From positions 11,493,950 to 11,557,949 of the forward strand of contig NC_134026.1 of NCBI RefSeq assembly GCF_964204645.1: a stretch of 64,000 nucleotides of DNA, written 5' to 3'. The stretch is from Tubulanus polymorphus. Its lineage: Eukaryota; Animalia; Nemertea. The translations under genes and the position numbers were made by a program. Under the pieces are notes generated by a model that saw only the letters and a list, made by a program, of their open reading frames with translations, had not been told where the DNA came from and searched no databases. Position 1 is the stretch's first letter, and each line of letters begins with the position of its first letter. Shown here one piece after another: positions 11,650 through 22,935 of this stretch.

Positions 11650-12227
11650 GTTTGTTTACAAAGTAACTTCTCGCGCTGACGTTTACTCACGTGACCTGCT
11701 CATTACATGTGGTCAGAGTAAACAAAACAGCGGAGATCTTACAAAAGTTAATTTTTTGGTTAAAAAAACTTCATGTAAATATTTTTAGGAGTCAATATGG
11801 AATATGTGTTACTTAATCAACAGTATAGTGGAAAAATACGATGCATATTGGAATAGTGTTCAGTAGTCCTTTAAAGAACGGCCATGCTCAGAAAAGAGCG
11901 AAAAAGGCACTCCTTGGAAAGATTTTATATTTCTAGGTGCTCAGATGAGATTTCCCAGCATTTGGGGGCCAATATCAACAATTATTTGCGTGGCAGTTAA
12001 GCACCGTTGCATGGCGGGTTACCCATGTGATGTCAAATTACCCATCATAAGGCTAAAATAGGCTATAAGGGTTTCTGAGCAGTCCAATGAATGAGCGAGA
12101 TCGTGCCACCGCACACCCTCCCACTTACGCCAGATTACCTCATCCCTCACAGATTTTTTAACATTTTAACGTCTAAGAACCCAATTGAAATACAAACATA
12201 GTGATTGCTTAGTAGTGAATGACTTAC

Positions 12228-12328
12228 CAACAGGAATTTCAATAATGACATGCTCTCCAACTTGGGCATTGACACTCCATTCAGTGATAGATGAACAACA
12301 TTTCTGAAGCTCTTCTTCGTCTACATTT
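12228..12328 (-). CDS. PNLDC1: PNLDC1-like exon (start of the R3H-like region)
   Basis: ttgttag|A AAT GTA GAC...CCT GTT G|gtaagt encodes NVDEEELQKCCSSITEWSVNAQVGEHVIIEIPV. It is open and phase-compatible (AG|A = Arg) with the exon at 40245 across a ~27.9-kb intron. Confidence 0.75.
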
Positions 12329-12442
12329 CTAACAAAACAAAAAAATCAAGGTCCATGGAATTTTAGACTTTGTCATGGAAATTGGAAGCTCAAGATCGAA
12401 TCAAGAGCTCCAAGCTGAGGGAAACCACTTAAGGTATCAAGT

Positions 12443-12918
12443 ACAAGAGCCCCAAAGGGCAACATGGCCAGCCATTGCATTCACGTTTCATAAATCATGC
12501 AATCTGTGAGTTATATTTCAAAATACACTCCCTGCTCAATCAGGTTTTTATAAGTAGCACAGATGGCACAAAGGAATACCTCAGATCAATTTGTTCCCTA
12601 TGTCGTATTGAATTGAATGTGAAATAAACTTTAATTGGATTTGATTTTTTTCTTTGTTCAATAAAATAGAATTGATTGGATTGGATTTTATTATGCAGAA
12701 TAAAATTTGATTCAAATTGCAACACATCACATGGCTTATTGGCATATCAAGGTCATCCATCCGATTTGAGAAAAGGCTACTTTTCTCGGAACTTTGTGCG
12801 AGTTGTAAAGGATGAATTTCTGTAGTGCAAATAAAAATTACTCTCAAAAACCAAATGAACTTAAAATTTCACAGAAATCGATCTTGAAGAAATACGATTC
12901 TAAATCTTAAAATAAAAC
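12443..12918. mobile_element. Helentron/HINE-like non-autonomous element, family A (continues at 19879-~19985 after the BEL insertion)
   Basis: Begins acaagagccccaaagggc (terminal hairpin) and is co-linear with the uninterrupted copy at 20387-21305 on both sides of the BEL element. Confidence 0.65.
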
Positions 12919-12923
12919 CTGCA

Positions 12924-14074
12924 TGATAGGGAGAGAATTTTGTGGGTCCAGCTAGTGCTGCCTCCTAGTATAAACTAGAGGACCAACGGTCCTGTGTTCT
13001 CGAGGCAAAGTTTTTTTTATAATATCAATGAAAACATATTACATTGATCATTCTTACTCTTTTAATTATGCAGATCTGTTCGCTTCACAACTGCCCTGGA
13101 CACTACGATGGAACTGGGCGCCTCAAGACAGGGAGTGGTAGGCAGGAACAAATACATCAGATCGATTTGTTATGGCCGGTTATAGTACAAAAAGATTGAC
13201 AGACCAATGTATACCACTTTCAAAGTCTTTTTAGTAATAATGTGACCGATATTAATTTAAATGAAAATCTATGATAAAGTTAACTTCATTCAAAAAAAAC
13301 TTATTTCACTGTATGAAAAACGCGCATATTCATAACGTGTGCATCAATATGAGCCCTTTGTCACTGTAGTGTGTGCAGTGTGAGATACGAGTGTCATCTG
13401 CCAGCGCACGCTTGCCTCGCGTAGTATGGCTAGACGCCGACAGCTGCTACGCAATACGTCTGCAGTAAATGAATAAACAAACGCCACACTGTCATACAAC
13501 TCGGTGATAATTTCAGTCTGACCGTAAAAATTAGGACTTTCAAGGACATAGTCTGCCAACCTTTCGAAGTTAAAGACTCGCCACTGACTTTCCCAGCAAA
13601 AATCAAGGAATTTAAGACTGCTACGGTACCGACCCTTGGTGCAAGGTGCCCGTTCACACCCGACTGATGTAGTCATCCGCATATTTATTAAGCTTGTAAA
13701 ATAGATCTATCCGAATGAATTATTAATAAAATATTATTCAAAAATCTTTTCAATATCAACTTCTATCACCATTCAACCCAATATAATCTGAAATAATCTT
13801 GAATACAAATTGCCGGATCTATTTTTGCAGCGGATTTAACCCCATTTATCGGATCTTTCGATAATTCAATGACTGTAAAAATGGTGTGCTTTGGTACGCG
13901 GTAAACATACACAACACGATACCGACACGCTCATAATAGCTCTCTCGTTCCTCGAGAGCTAAAATGTGTATTAGTAGTGTGTCGCAATAAAAGAAAGCAT
14001 GGTTGCTGCTCTGTTGAATTTAATATCACAGTGTTTGAGTGAATTTATGTTGCTTCCACTGATCCTCTCTACCA
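12924..14074 (+). repeat. BEL 5' LTR (split by an insertion at 12975-13960)
   Basis: 12924-12974 plus 13961-14074 align to the 3' LTR with a few substitutions and a small indel. Confidence 0.9.
12975..13960. mobile_element. Helentron/HINE-like element inserted in the BEL 5' LTR
   Basis: Inserted within an A-run with no clear TSD. It has terminal hairpins aggacc-aac-ggtcct and agctctc-...-gagagct, and is absent from the 3' LTR. Confidence 0.7.
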
Positions 14075-17000
14075 TATTTTGGTAGCAGAGCGTAGTTTCA
14101 GAAGTACAGAAGTTATAGAAGGAAACAGACAAGAAAGATAGCAAGTTTATTAGAACTAGTTGATAGAAAAAAGAAGCAGTAACCATGTCCATGACAGATA
14201 CTAACGTCGTCGACAACAGTAGTAGTAGCAGCAGTACGATTGAAAGATTGAATATTCTCAAAAGGCAGAAAATAGCTCAGGAAAGTGCCTTTACAAAGAC
14301 CAAGAGAAAGTTAATGGGAATCTTGGTAGATGAAAGGGTTATGCCAACCTATGACCAAGTCCAAAAATCGTACAGATACAGAGATAGAACAATTAGAGAG
14401 TAGTTTCACTGAAGCTCAAAATAGCGCGATGAATTTTATGCGTGGGCTTATGGCGAATAAGTCGGCACAATGCAGTATCAACAGTCATACTAACAGTGTT
14501 CATGAAGGTTTGAATCAAGATGTTCCGTTGGTTCAAGGTCTATCGCAGCCATCTATGCCTGACGCAGTACCAGTATCAAATGACCTTTCCACGCCCGCTC
14601 CTAGATTGCATTCAGATCAGACCGCTAATGATATGTGGCGGCAAATGAGAAGGGTAGCGATCCCTGTCTTTTCTGGTGACAAGAAGACGTACGAAAACTG
14701 GAAAGCTATCTTCTATTCGTGTGTAGATCGGGCTCCGAAAACTCCTGAGTACAAACTGTTGCAGTTACGGCAGTACCTGTCTGGCGAGTTAAGCGTGGTT
14801 CAGAACCTCGGACACTCGGCTGCGGCATATGATGCAGCAAGAAAAAGGTTAGATAGACGCTTGGAGGACATCGTCGTCAGGTGGCGCTGCAATTGGAAGA
14901 AATTGAGATTTTTAGGCCAATACGTTACGGCAATGCTAGTGATGTAATGAAGTTTGCAGATCTCTTAGACGTAGCAGTAATTAATTTGAAAGAATCTGGG
15001 CAAAATGACGAATTATTAAATGGCTCGTTATACACAAAACTGTTGAAGAAAATTCCAGAATATATGCTATGCCACTACAACCGTTGGTGTTTCGAAAACA
15101 GGAAAATAGAATCGGTAGAAGTTTTGCGTGAGTGGATTATTTTAGAATCAGAATTTAGCGTAACAGTCCACAAGACGGTGAAAGGAATAAGCGGTAATAG
15201 TCAACAGTGAGCGAGCGATAATAGCTGTAAGATCTGTTCAAGTCAACATCCAATTTGGCGGTGCGAGATTTTTCGAAAAATGGACACACGATGGGAAAAA
15301 GCAAAGGAATTAACATTGTGTTTACGTTGCTTATCTGGTGATCACATGGGTAAGAATTGCAAGTTCAATCCAGAATGTGGCATCGATGGATGTAAGCAAA
15401 CGCATAATCGTTTACTCCATAATAATCGCAGAAATAGTGTCGTACAGGGCCGGGTCAGTCGAAATGAACCTGGTGATCTCGAACCAGATCCCAGTGGTCA
15501 GAATTCGGAATCTCCTCAAGTTTGAAAAAACTTATTTGACTGATCAGCCATCAGAACCCCTCACGGAGGGGGAATCCGTTCGCGATAATTCTAACTTTGC
15601 GAAAAAACCTCAGTATTTGACGATGAGAACTGTTCCAGTGATCCTAAAGAATGGCCAACAATCGTTGAAGTCAATGCGTTGTTAGATGATGCGAGCACTA
15701 AAACTTACATCAACGCTGATGTTGCAGCTGAACTCGGGTTGCAGGGAAAATTTGATCGGATGAACGTTAATGTGCTAAATGATCAAACTGATACGTTTGA
15801 AACTATGCCCGTCGAATTTACAGTACAGAGTATCAATGGTCGAGTATCGAGAATCGTAAACGCACTAACTGTTCCAAAAGTCACCATGCGATTGACTGGA
15901 ATAAATTTAACTGTAATTGGAAACACTTGAAAGATATTAAGTTTCCCATTCTTGGGCAGCCAGAAACAATCGATATATTAATCGGAGGCGACATGGTTGA
16001 CTTGCATTATTCGATTAAAGATATACGTGGAAAACCTGGGGAGCCTATCGCGAGACTCACTCCCCTGGGCTGGACTCGCATCGGGAACCCGTGTTCAATC
16101 GAGATGTTGCACACTAACTGTACTTACTTAGTTAACAGTAATGAGATCGTGTTAACCTCCGATGAAAGGTACGCGGTTACCGTATTGGAGAATTCGATTA
16201 AAGTTGACGAGGGAAATTATCAAATCCGTACACCGTGGAGAGACGAAAAGGTTCAACTGCCCAACAATTATGATATGGCAATGAAACGACTCGAATGTAC
16301 TGAGCGAAAAGTATTAAAAGATCCGGTAGTTGCACAATCATATTCCGCTACTAATGAGCAGTATTTAGATAAAGACTATATCCGTAAAGTATCGTCGAAT
16401 GAGAAGAAACCTGAACAATCGTGATATTTGCCTCATTTCATCATTCTACGTCCAGACAAATCTACGACTAAAACTCGTCTGACGTATCGTTTCTGACGTG
16501 TCTGCGAAATGTGATGGAATATCGTTAAATGATGTTATTTACTTGGGACCAAACCTTCAGAACAGTTTAGTTGACGTTCTCTTACGATTTCGCAAGGAAC
16601 CAGTTGCGCTTGTTAGCGACATTGCGGAAATGTATCTTCGCATAAAGATAGACCCAGATGATCGTCCGTTCAATCGATTTTTATGGCGTGATCTGGATCA
16701 GTCGAGACCTCCAGATATTTACGAATTTAACCGTGTCCTATTTGGCGTAAATTCTTCTCCCTTTGAAGCACAGTTCGTTGCACAGCATAATGCTAAGAAA
16801 TACAGCGAGAAATACCCAAAAGCTGCCGAATCGGTTTTACAGTCCACATATATGGACGATACAATGGATTCTGTGCCAACCGACCATGATGCGATAGAAC
16901 TGTATCAACAGCTTTCTGAGCTATGGGGAAATGCTGGGATGCGCGCCTGAAATTAACTTAGAGGACGGAGAATTACCGGCTATTAAAACACTCGGGATAA

Positions 17001-19702
17001 TGTGGAAAGCTGCAACAGATGAATTCACATTTAACGGAAATCCTCCTAGAACTGAATTCGTTTATACTAAGCAGAATATTCTTCGTAAAATCGCGACGTT
17101 GTTTGACCCGCTTGGTTTCCATGGTCCATTGATTATTCGCGCAAAAATCATAATGCAGGAGCTTTGGGCAGCAGGTGTGGACTGGGACGATCCCATAGAC
17201 ATTGAGCTTGAAAACAAGATGCGAAGATGGTTCTCTGAGCTTGAGTCGTTGTCGAATATTAAAGTTGCTAGATGTTTGAGATTGTGTAAGGAAATTGATT
17301 CCGTTCAGTTTCATGTATTCATCGATGCGTCGCAAGATGCTTATGGGACTGTTATATACCAGCGAAACGTATACACTGATCAGTCTATATCTTCGTATCG
17401 TTTGTGCAAAATCGCGAGTCGCTCCACTAATGTCGATAAGTATACCGAGGCTAGAAATGATGGCTGCAGTTCTTGGTTTAGAACTAGCCAAGACCGTTGG
17501 CAAATCGTTGCGATTTCTGTTGAATCATGTCCGATTTCGGTAGGATAGTATGAACGTTCTGTGGTGGATTCGTAGTCAAAGCCGAAGCTTAAAATTGTTC
17601 ATTGCGAACCGTGTTGGTGTCATCCAACTTTCGACCAGTCCGGAACAATGGCAATACGTATCTACAAAAGAGAATCCAGCGGATTTACTTACGAGTTGAA
17701 CGAGATGTCCTTGTGGTGGGACGGTCCTTGTTTTCTGTACAAAAATGAGTCTCTGAGGCCTACGAAAACCTTTGAAACGGGAAAGTCTGCAGGTCACACG
17801 GAGACTAAGAAATGGTCGATTATAAATGAAACTACAGTGCTTACTGTCGCTGATGATCCGATCATTGGAGACTAAACCCAATTCGTTATTCAAGGTGGAA
17901 CTTATCAGTTTGGGTTCGAGCCTGGGTTATCAGATTTTGCGAGAACTGCAGATCGGTGAAAGAACACCGAACGCGTGGTGAGCTGTTGCCGGAAGAAATT
18001 CAGAACTCCCATAATTATTTTGTGCGATTAGCTCAAAACGAATGTTTCAAAGAGGAAATAACAGCGATTATTCAAAACCGTGCTTTACCATGCAATAGTA
18101 AAATATTGCATTTGTGTCCGAAATAAGATAACAATTCGTTACTGCGGTGCGATGGTCGGTTAAAACACGCAGACTTTCTTCCGTATGATGTGCGTTATCC
18201 GGTTATATTACCCCGTAAACATTGGGTTACTAAATTGATTGTGAGGGATTATCATATTCAGGGTGACCATATCGCAGGTACAAATCACACCCTCGCTCTT
18301 GTTTAGTCGAAATACTGGATCGTTGCTGCGAGAGAAGAAATTCGTGATTGCGAAAGAGAATGCGTAGTTTGTCACAGGAGAACTGTTAAAGTGTCGAGCC
18401 AAATGATGACTCCTCTTCCGCAGATTCGACTGAAATTACCGTTGCGAGCTTTTGCGCGATCGGCCGTAGATTTCGCTGGACCATTTATTACTCTTCAGGG
18501 TCCAGGAAAATGCCGTAAAAAGCGTTATCTAAAAAGCGTTGTTTATTTACATGTTTGCTCTCCCGCGCAGTCCATCTCGAGTTGGCTACTAGTTTAGAGA
18601 CTAATACATTTTTTAACGCGTTCTATAGAATGGCTAGTCGTCGAGGAATGCCGTTGGAAATGTCATCGGATAATGGAACAAACTTTGTCGGTGCTGCTCC
18701 TGAACTTAAAAAATTAGTTAGCTTGTTAGATGTAGATAATATTCGACAATCAACGGCGAATCGTGGTGTTATGTGGAAATTTAATCCACCCGCAGCCCCT
18801 CATTTTGGGGGTGTTCACGAAACAATCATTAAAAGTGCTAAGAGAGCGATTAATAGTATACTTTCAGCAGCGGATGTGAATGATGAGGAACTTGAGACAG
18901 CCTTCATCGGTGCCGAAGCGTTGCTTAACTCGAGACCGATTACATATCAGTCGTCGCATCCGGGGGATGATTTACCTCTGACGCCGAACCATTTTCTTAT
19001 TGGTCAGTGCGGTGGACAGTATGCACCGGAATCAGTTGACGAAACTGACTTCAATTTGCGTAAGCGTTGGCATCGGGTACAGGAATTAGTGAGAAATGTG
19101 GTGGTTGACTGTTGGTGGTTGACAACCACAAAAAGTGGTTGACTGTTCAAAAAAACATTCAAATTGGAGATATAGTCCTTGTTATCTCGCCGGACATTGG
19201 CTTTTGGTAGAGTTCGAGTCGTGAAATTGCGCGTTGGAAACGGTACATTAGTTCGTCCTTTTACAAAACTGTGCCACTTAGAAAGTACAAGTGATGACTG
19301 AATGTTATAAGTTCTATACCTGTTGTTGCAAGTAATCTAAAAGCATAGTCTATATACATATAAGTGGTTGTGTGATTGATTTTTTGAATTTTATTCATTT
19401 ATTAGAGTGGCTATAAGTTTGTTAGCTTAAATAATTACTGATGTATTGTTACGCTCCATGAACTCAAGTTGTTGTTCGGTTATAATACTTTAATTTAGTT
19501 TGAGTTTCGGGTAGGATAAGTTGACTTAAGAAAGTTTCAGGAAATAGGCATATATTTTGTATTCATAAGGTTTCTAAGGTAGTTAATTAGTCAATAAGTA
19601 TTAACTTGTATTGGAGACTTTTTAAGTAATTGAAGTATTTCAATTTAGTGATTTTGTTTCTTTTTGGCTTCGATACTTACTTAATAAGTATCGAGGAGGA
19701 TA

Positions 19703-19873
19703 TGATAGAGAGAGAATTTTGTGGGTCAAGCTAGTGCTGCTTCCTAGTATAAAAAATGTGTATTAGTAGTGTGTCGAAAGCCTGGAAAAAAGAAAGCCTG
19801 GTTGCTGCTCTGTTGAATTTAAGATCACAGTGTTTGAGTGAATTTATGTTGCTTCCACTGATCCTCTCTACCA
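19703..19873 (+). repeat. BEL 3' LTR (171 bp)
   Basis: tgatagagagag...ctctctacca, preceded by the PPT and followed by the TSD. Confidence 0.92.
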
Positions 19874-20386
19874 CTGCAAGTAAAACAGTAGATGATACTA
19901 TATATATTCACGTGAACGCCTGTTCAGTTGCACAGTGAAAAAGCCTTTCGCATCTGGAAAACATGTGCTAAATTTGCTCCTTAAAATTGTTCTCCTTTTC
20001 ATGACGTCTAAATGTGATGAATATAAACATCACACATTAGTACTTAACTGTAAATAATTATTCAAAATTATGCCCAAAGATTAAACAAGAAAAGAAGAAG
20101 CCCAAGGGCTTTGACCCTGTGGTTATAGATCAGGGGTGCAGGTGGGAAATTCTAAAATATACAACGATATCAACGTTGTGTCATTGAAGGCCCAAGCGGG
20201 GCGAGCTCAAGGGGCATGTTACCTTTCTGAAAAAAAGACACATTAGATGAATAAGGCCTCTCCTGATAACTTGGAAAGTGAAAAATAAAAAGACACTTAA
20301 GGAATCTTTTCCTTTTTCATAGAACCAGAGATAAAAGAACAAGAGATCCACGGATGTTTATATCTCAGGCGCAGTAAGTCAAATGA

Positions 20387-21305
20387 AACAAGAGCCCCAA
20401 GGGGCACTATGGCCAGCCTGTCAGCTTTTCATGAAATGGCAAATGATGATGCATTCTGTGGGTTAAATTTGTCAAAATATACTCCCAGCTCAGAGTCAAT
20501 ATCTAATGATTTACACAATACAATCTTAGAATACAAAAGTAGCACAGACAGCGACTGGATCTGGCAGGAACAAATACCTCAGATAAATCTTTTCCCTTGA
20601 TCTTATTGATTTTAATTTGGAATAGAATTAAATTTGCAGAAATTTGCTCAATAAAACAAAATTGAATTGGATTTGATGTTTTTATTTGTTCAATAAAGAA
20701 AAATTGAATTGGATTTGATATTTTTTGCAGAATAAAATTTGATTGAATTTGTAGCTTGAGCACATGGCTAATTAGCATATCAAGGCCATCTATCCAATTT
20801 GAGAAAAAGCAATTTTTCCCGGACTTTGCACAATGGTCAATGATATTTTCTGTAGTGCTTATATAAAAATAGTGTAGTGCTTATATAAAAATATTCCTTC
20901 CAAAAACCTAATCAACTAAAAGATTCCACAGAAATCGATCTTGATATACAATTTTAGATCTTAAAATAAAAGCCGGAAGTAAAACGGTAGACGATACCGC
21001 GGGTTCACGTGAACACCTGCTGATTTCTGCAGCTAAGCCAATCATAGAGGAGTCGTTGCTTTCTGATTGGCTTTTCAAAACCAATATTTTTGCGATCAGA
21101 TATTCACGAAAAAGCTCATATAAATTCTAGCAAGGCCCTCTTTCAAAATTCAGCTACGTAGAGTTTGGAGAATGGATAATGCTTTAATGAATGATCTGTA
21201 TGAATATATGCCCAGTTGCACATTCAAAGAGCCTCAGCTCTGGAAACCATGTCAATTAAATTTGCTCCATTTGTATATTAATAGGCTCAGCCTACGGTTG
21301 GCCTA
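20387..21305. mobile_element. Helentron/HINE-like family A copy
   Basis: Starts aacaagagccccaaggggc and ends with the hairpin taggctcagcctacggttggccta. Partial copies with the same end lie at ~27088-27397 and ~48950-49217. Confidence 0.65.
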
Positions 21306-21510
21306 ATACATGTGTTCAATGGGGAATTTGCACTCAGAGACAAAAAAACGCTCAAGCTATTTTTACGATGCTGTAAACGGATGACACTAGCTATATTTAC
21401 AATGTCTCATTCTGATTGGCTAATTCACGTTGCGCATGCCCACTAGGGTGCGCGACTTAGAAAATTCAAGGCAAGTGTGGAGAATCGAGTTAGAGAACAT
21501 AGAGCGGATA

Positions 21511-21576
21511 GAGCGATACTCGAACCCGGGCCAGTTAATTACTAGCGCAGCATAATACCACTAAACCACCGAGCTC
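21511..21576 (-). pseudogene. tRNA-derived sequence (SINE head or tRNA pseudogene)
   Basis: The reverse complement has A-box-like GGTGGTTTAGTGG and B-box GGGTTCGAGT. The cloverleaf is not intact. Confidence 0.5.
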
Positions 21577-21614
21577 GTTGGAAACCGGTTGAATGTTTTA
21601 ACTAAATATAGCCT

Positions 21615-21675
21615 CACCTTACCCTAATCCTATCCCTAGGGGTTAAAACGGACCCTTACCCTAACCCTAACCCTC
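21615..21675. repeat. Degenerate (CCCTAA)n-like repeats
   Basis: ccttaccctaatcctatccctaggg...cccttaccctaaccctaaccct. Confidence 0.55.
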
Positions 21676-22299
21676 TGGACCCTCTTCTCACCCTCTTGAC
21701 GCTAATCCTCTTCTCTCTAGTCCACAATCCTAAATTCAATATAAAACCGTCGTAAATATAGAATTTACGACCGCTTTATGACGCCGTAAATATAGCCACT
21801 TAAAACAAAAAACGTTTTTGCGAACGTACTTGTTGTCAATAATTACGTTCGCAAGAATTTTTTGGCCTCAAAATTGGGAAAATCAGACCTGGAGCAAAAG
21901 CATTTAAAAATGCCGTGGGTTGCTGAAGCAACCCACTTAATTTAGCAAAGACAATCAGCATTTTAGAATATCAATTTGCCTCTGTAAATCTAACAAATTC
22001 ATGCTAATTCATGATTTATGAATGCAAATTCCTTACTGATCACACTGATGCATAATATTCACAGATCAATTGATTATTAATGAAATTAAGGACCAAATTT
22101 CATGTCAACTTGGGTCATCGTCAATAGATTGCATCATCCCTGGTAATAAGGATGACTGCAAAACATCACACGAAGAGCAGGTTTAATAGTAGACCTACCT
22201 GATGAACAATAGGCCTATGCAGAAATAAACATTTTTGGGAGGGGGGTACGAAAGTGCAATCATACAGCGCCATCAGCGTTTTTGTTAATTTCTTAACCG

Positions 22300-22519
22300 T
22301 TTTAACACTTGAAATCATGTTATATCAGTAATAAATACCTTCTAGAGTCATATTTTACATATTTTCCTGGATATTTTGTAGAAAAAATATTGACTTCAAA
22401 TACGTCATCTCGGTTAGCAATAAAATTTCATTTTCCTTCAAAAATATCCGACAAAATATGTTAAATATGACTCCAGCAGGGAGATATTACTGATATAATA
22501 TGATTTCAAGTGTTAAAAT
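22300..22519. repeat. Fold-back / MITE-like inverted repeat
   Basis: ttttaacacttgaaatcatgttatatcagtaat...ggatatttt pairs with aaaatatcc...attactgatataatatgatttcaagtgttaaaa (~78-bp arms). Confidence 0.75.
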
Positions 22520-22935
22520 CGACAAGGAATAAATAAATATGTTATATTTCATGTCATCTTGGTTGATCTCGGTGAATTGCGTCATCTCGGTAAAGGAGAA
22601 CCGCTAGAGAACACGATGTAGGCCTACTGTCTGTCTCCTCTCCGTGCGACGTTTTGGTCTGTAATTTCGTAAATAATGTACCGATTTACCTTATCCATAC
22701 ATCAATGTCTTCAGTGAAAGAGTTGCATTCAGAAATATATCATTTTCTTCGTCAAATCTGTCTTTGTTGTTGTTTATCGACAAATATCTATGCAGCATAC
22801 GACTGCGTAATGCTTCAGCGCTGATGTCGCGAGCGCAGTTCCGGCTCACTGCGCACGCGCATCAACCTACATAGCAACAGCCGATAGGTGGGGGAGAGTG
22901 CCGATTACAAAAGAGTGCAGAAAAAGAAATAGAAA

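Larger units (their letters stand above)
1..11870 (+). mobile_element. Kolobok DNA transposon (left end outside the window), interrupted by a nested element
   Basis: Transposase exons on + and a convergent KolX gene on -. The right terminus ...gttcagtagtcct is followed by TTAA (11871-11874), the Kolobok target. Confidence 0.8.
12924..19873 (+). mobile_element. BEL/Pao LTR retrotransposon, full-length but decayed
   Basis: TG...CA LTRs and 5-bp TSD CTGCA (12919-12923, 19874-19878). PBS TGGTAGCAGAGCG (iMet-tRNA type) at ~14080 and PPT gaggagga at ~19693. Coding fragments: gag (IPVFSGD, CCHC knuckles), protease LDDAS, RT (YMDD), Pao RNase H (F.DAS..AYG), integrase (VDFAGP, SDNGTNFVGA, PHFGGVHE, LNSRP). 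Many frameshifts. Confidence 0.95.

Noticed and set aside
20224-20227. 4-nt minus-strand micro-exon (ttttttcag AAAG gtaac) of the host gene
   Set aside because: The flanking exons already join in frame, so including it would cause a frameshift.
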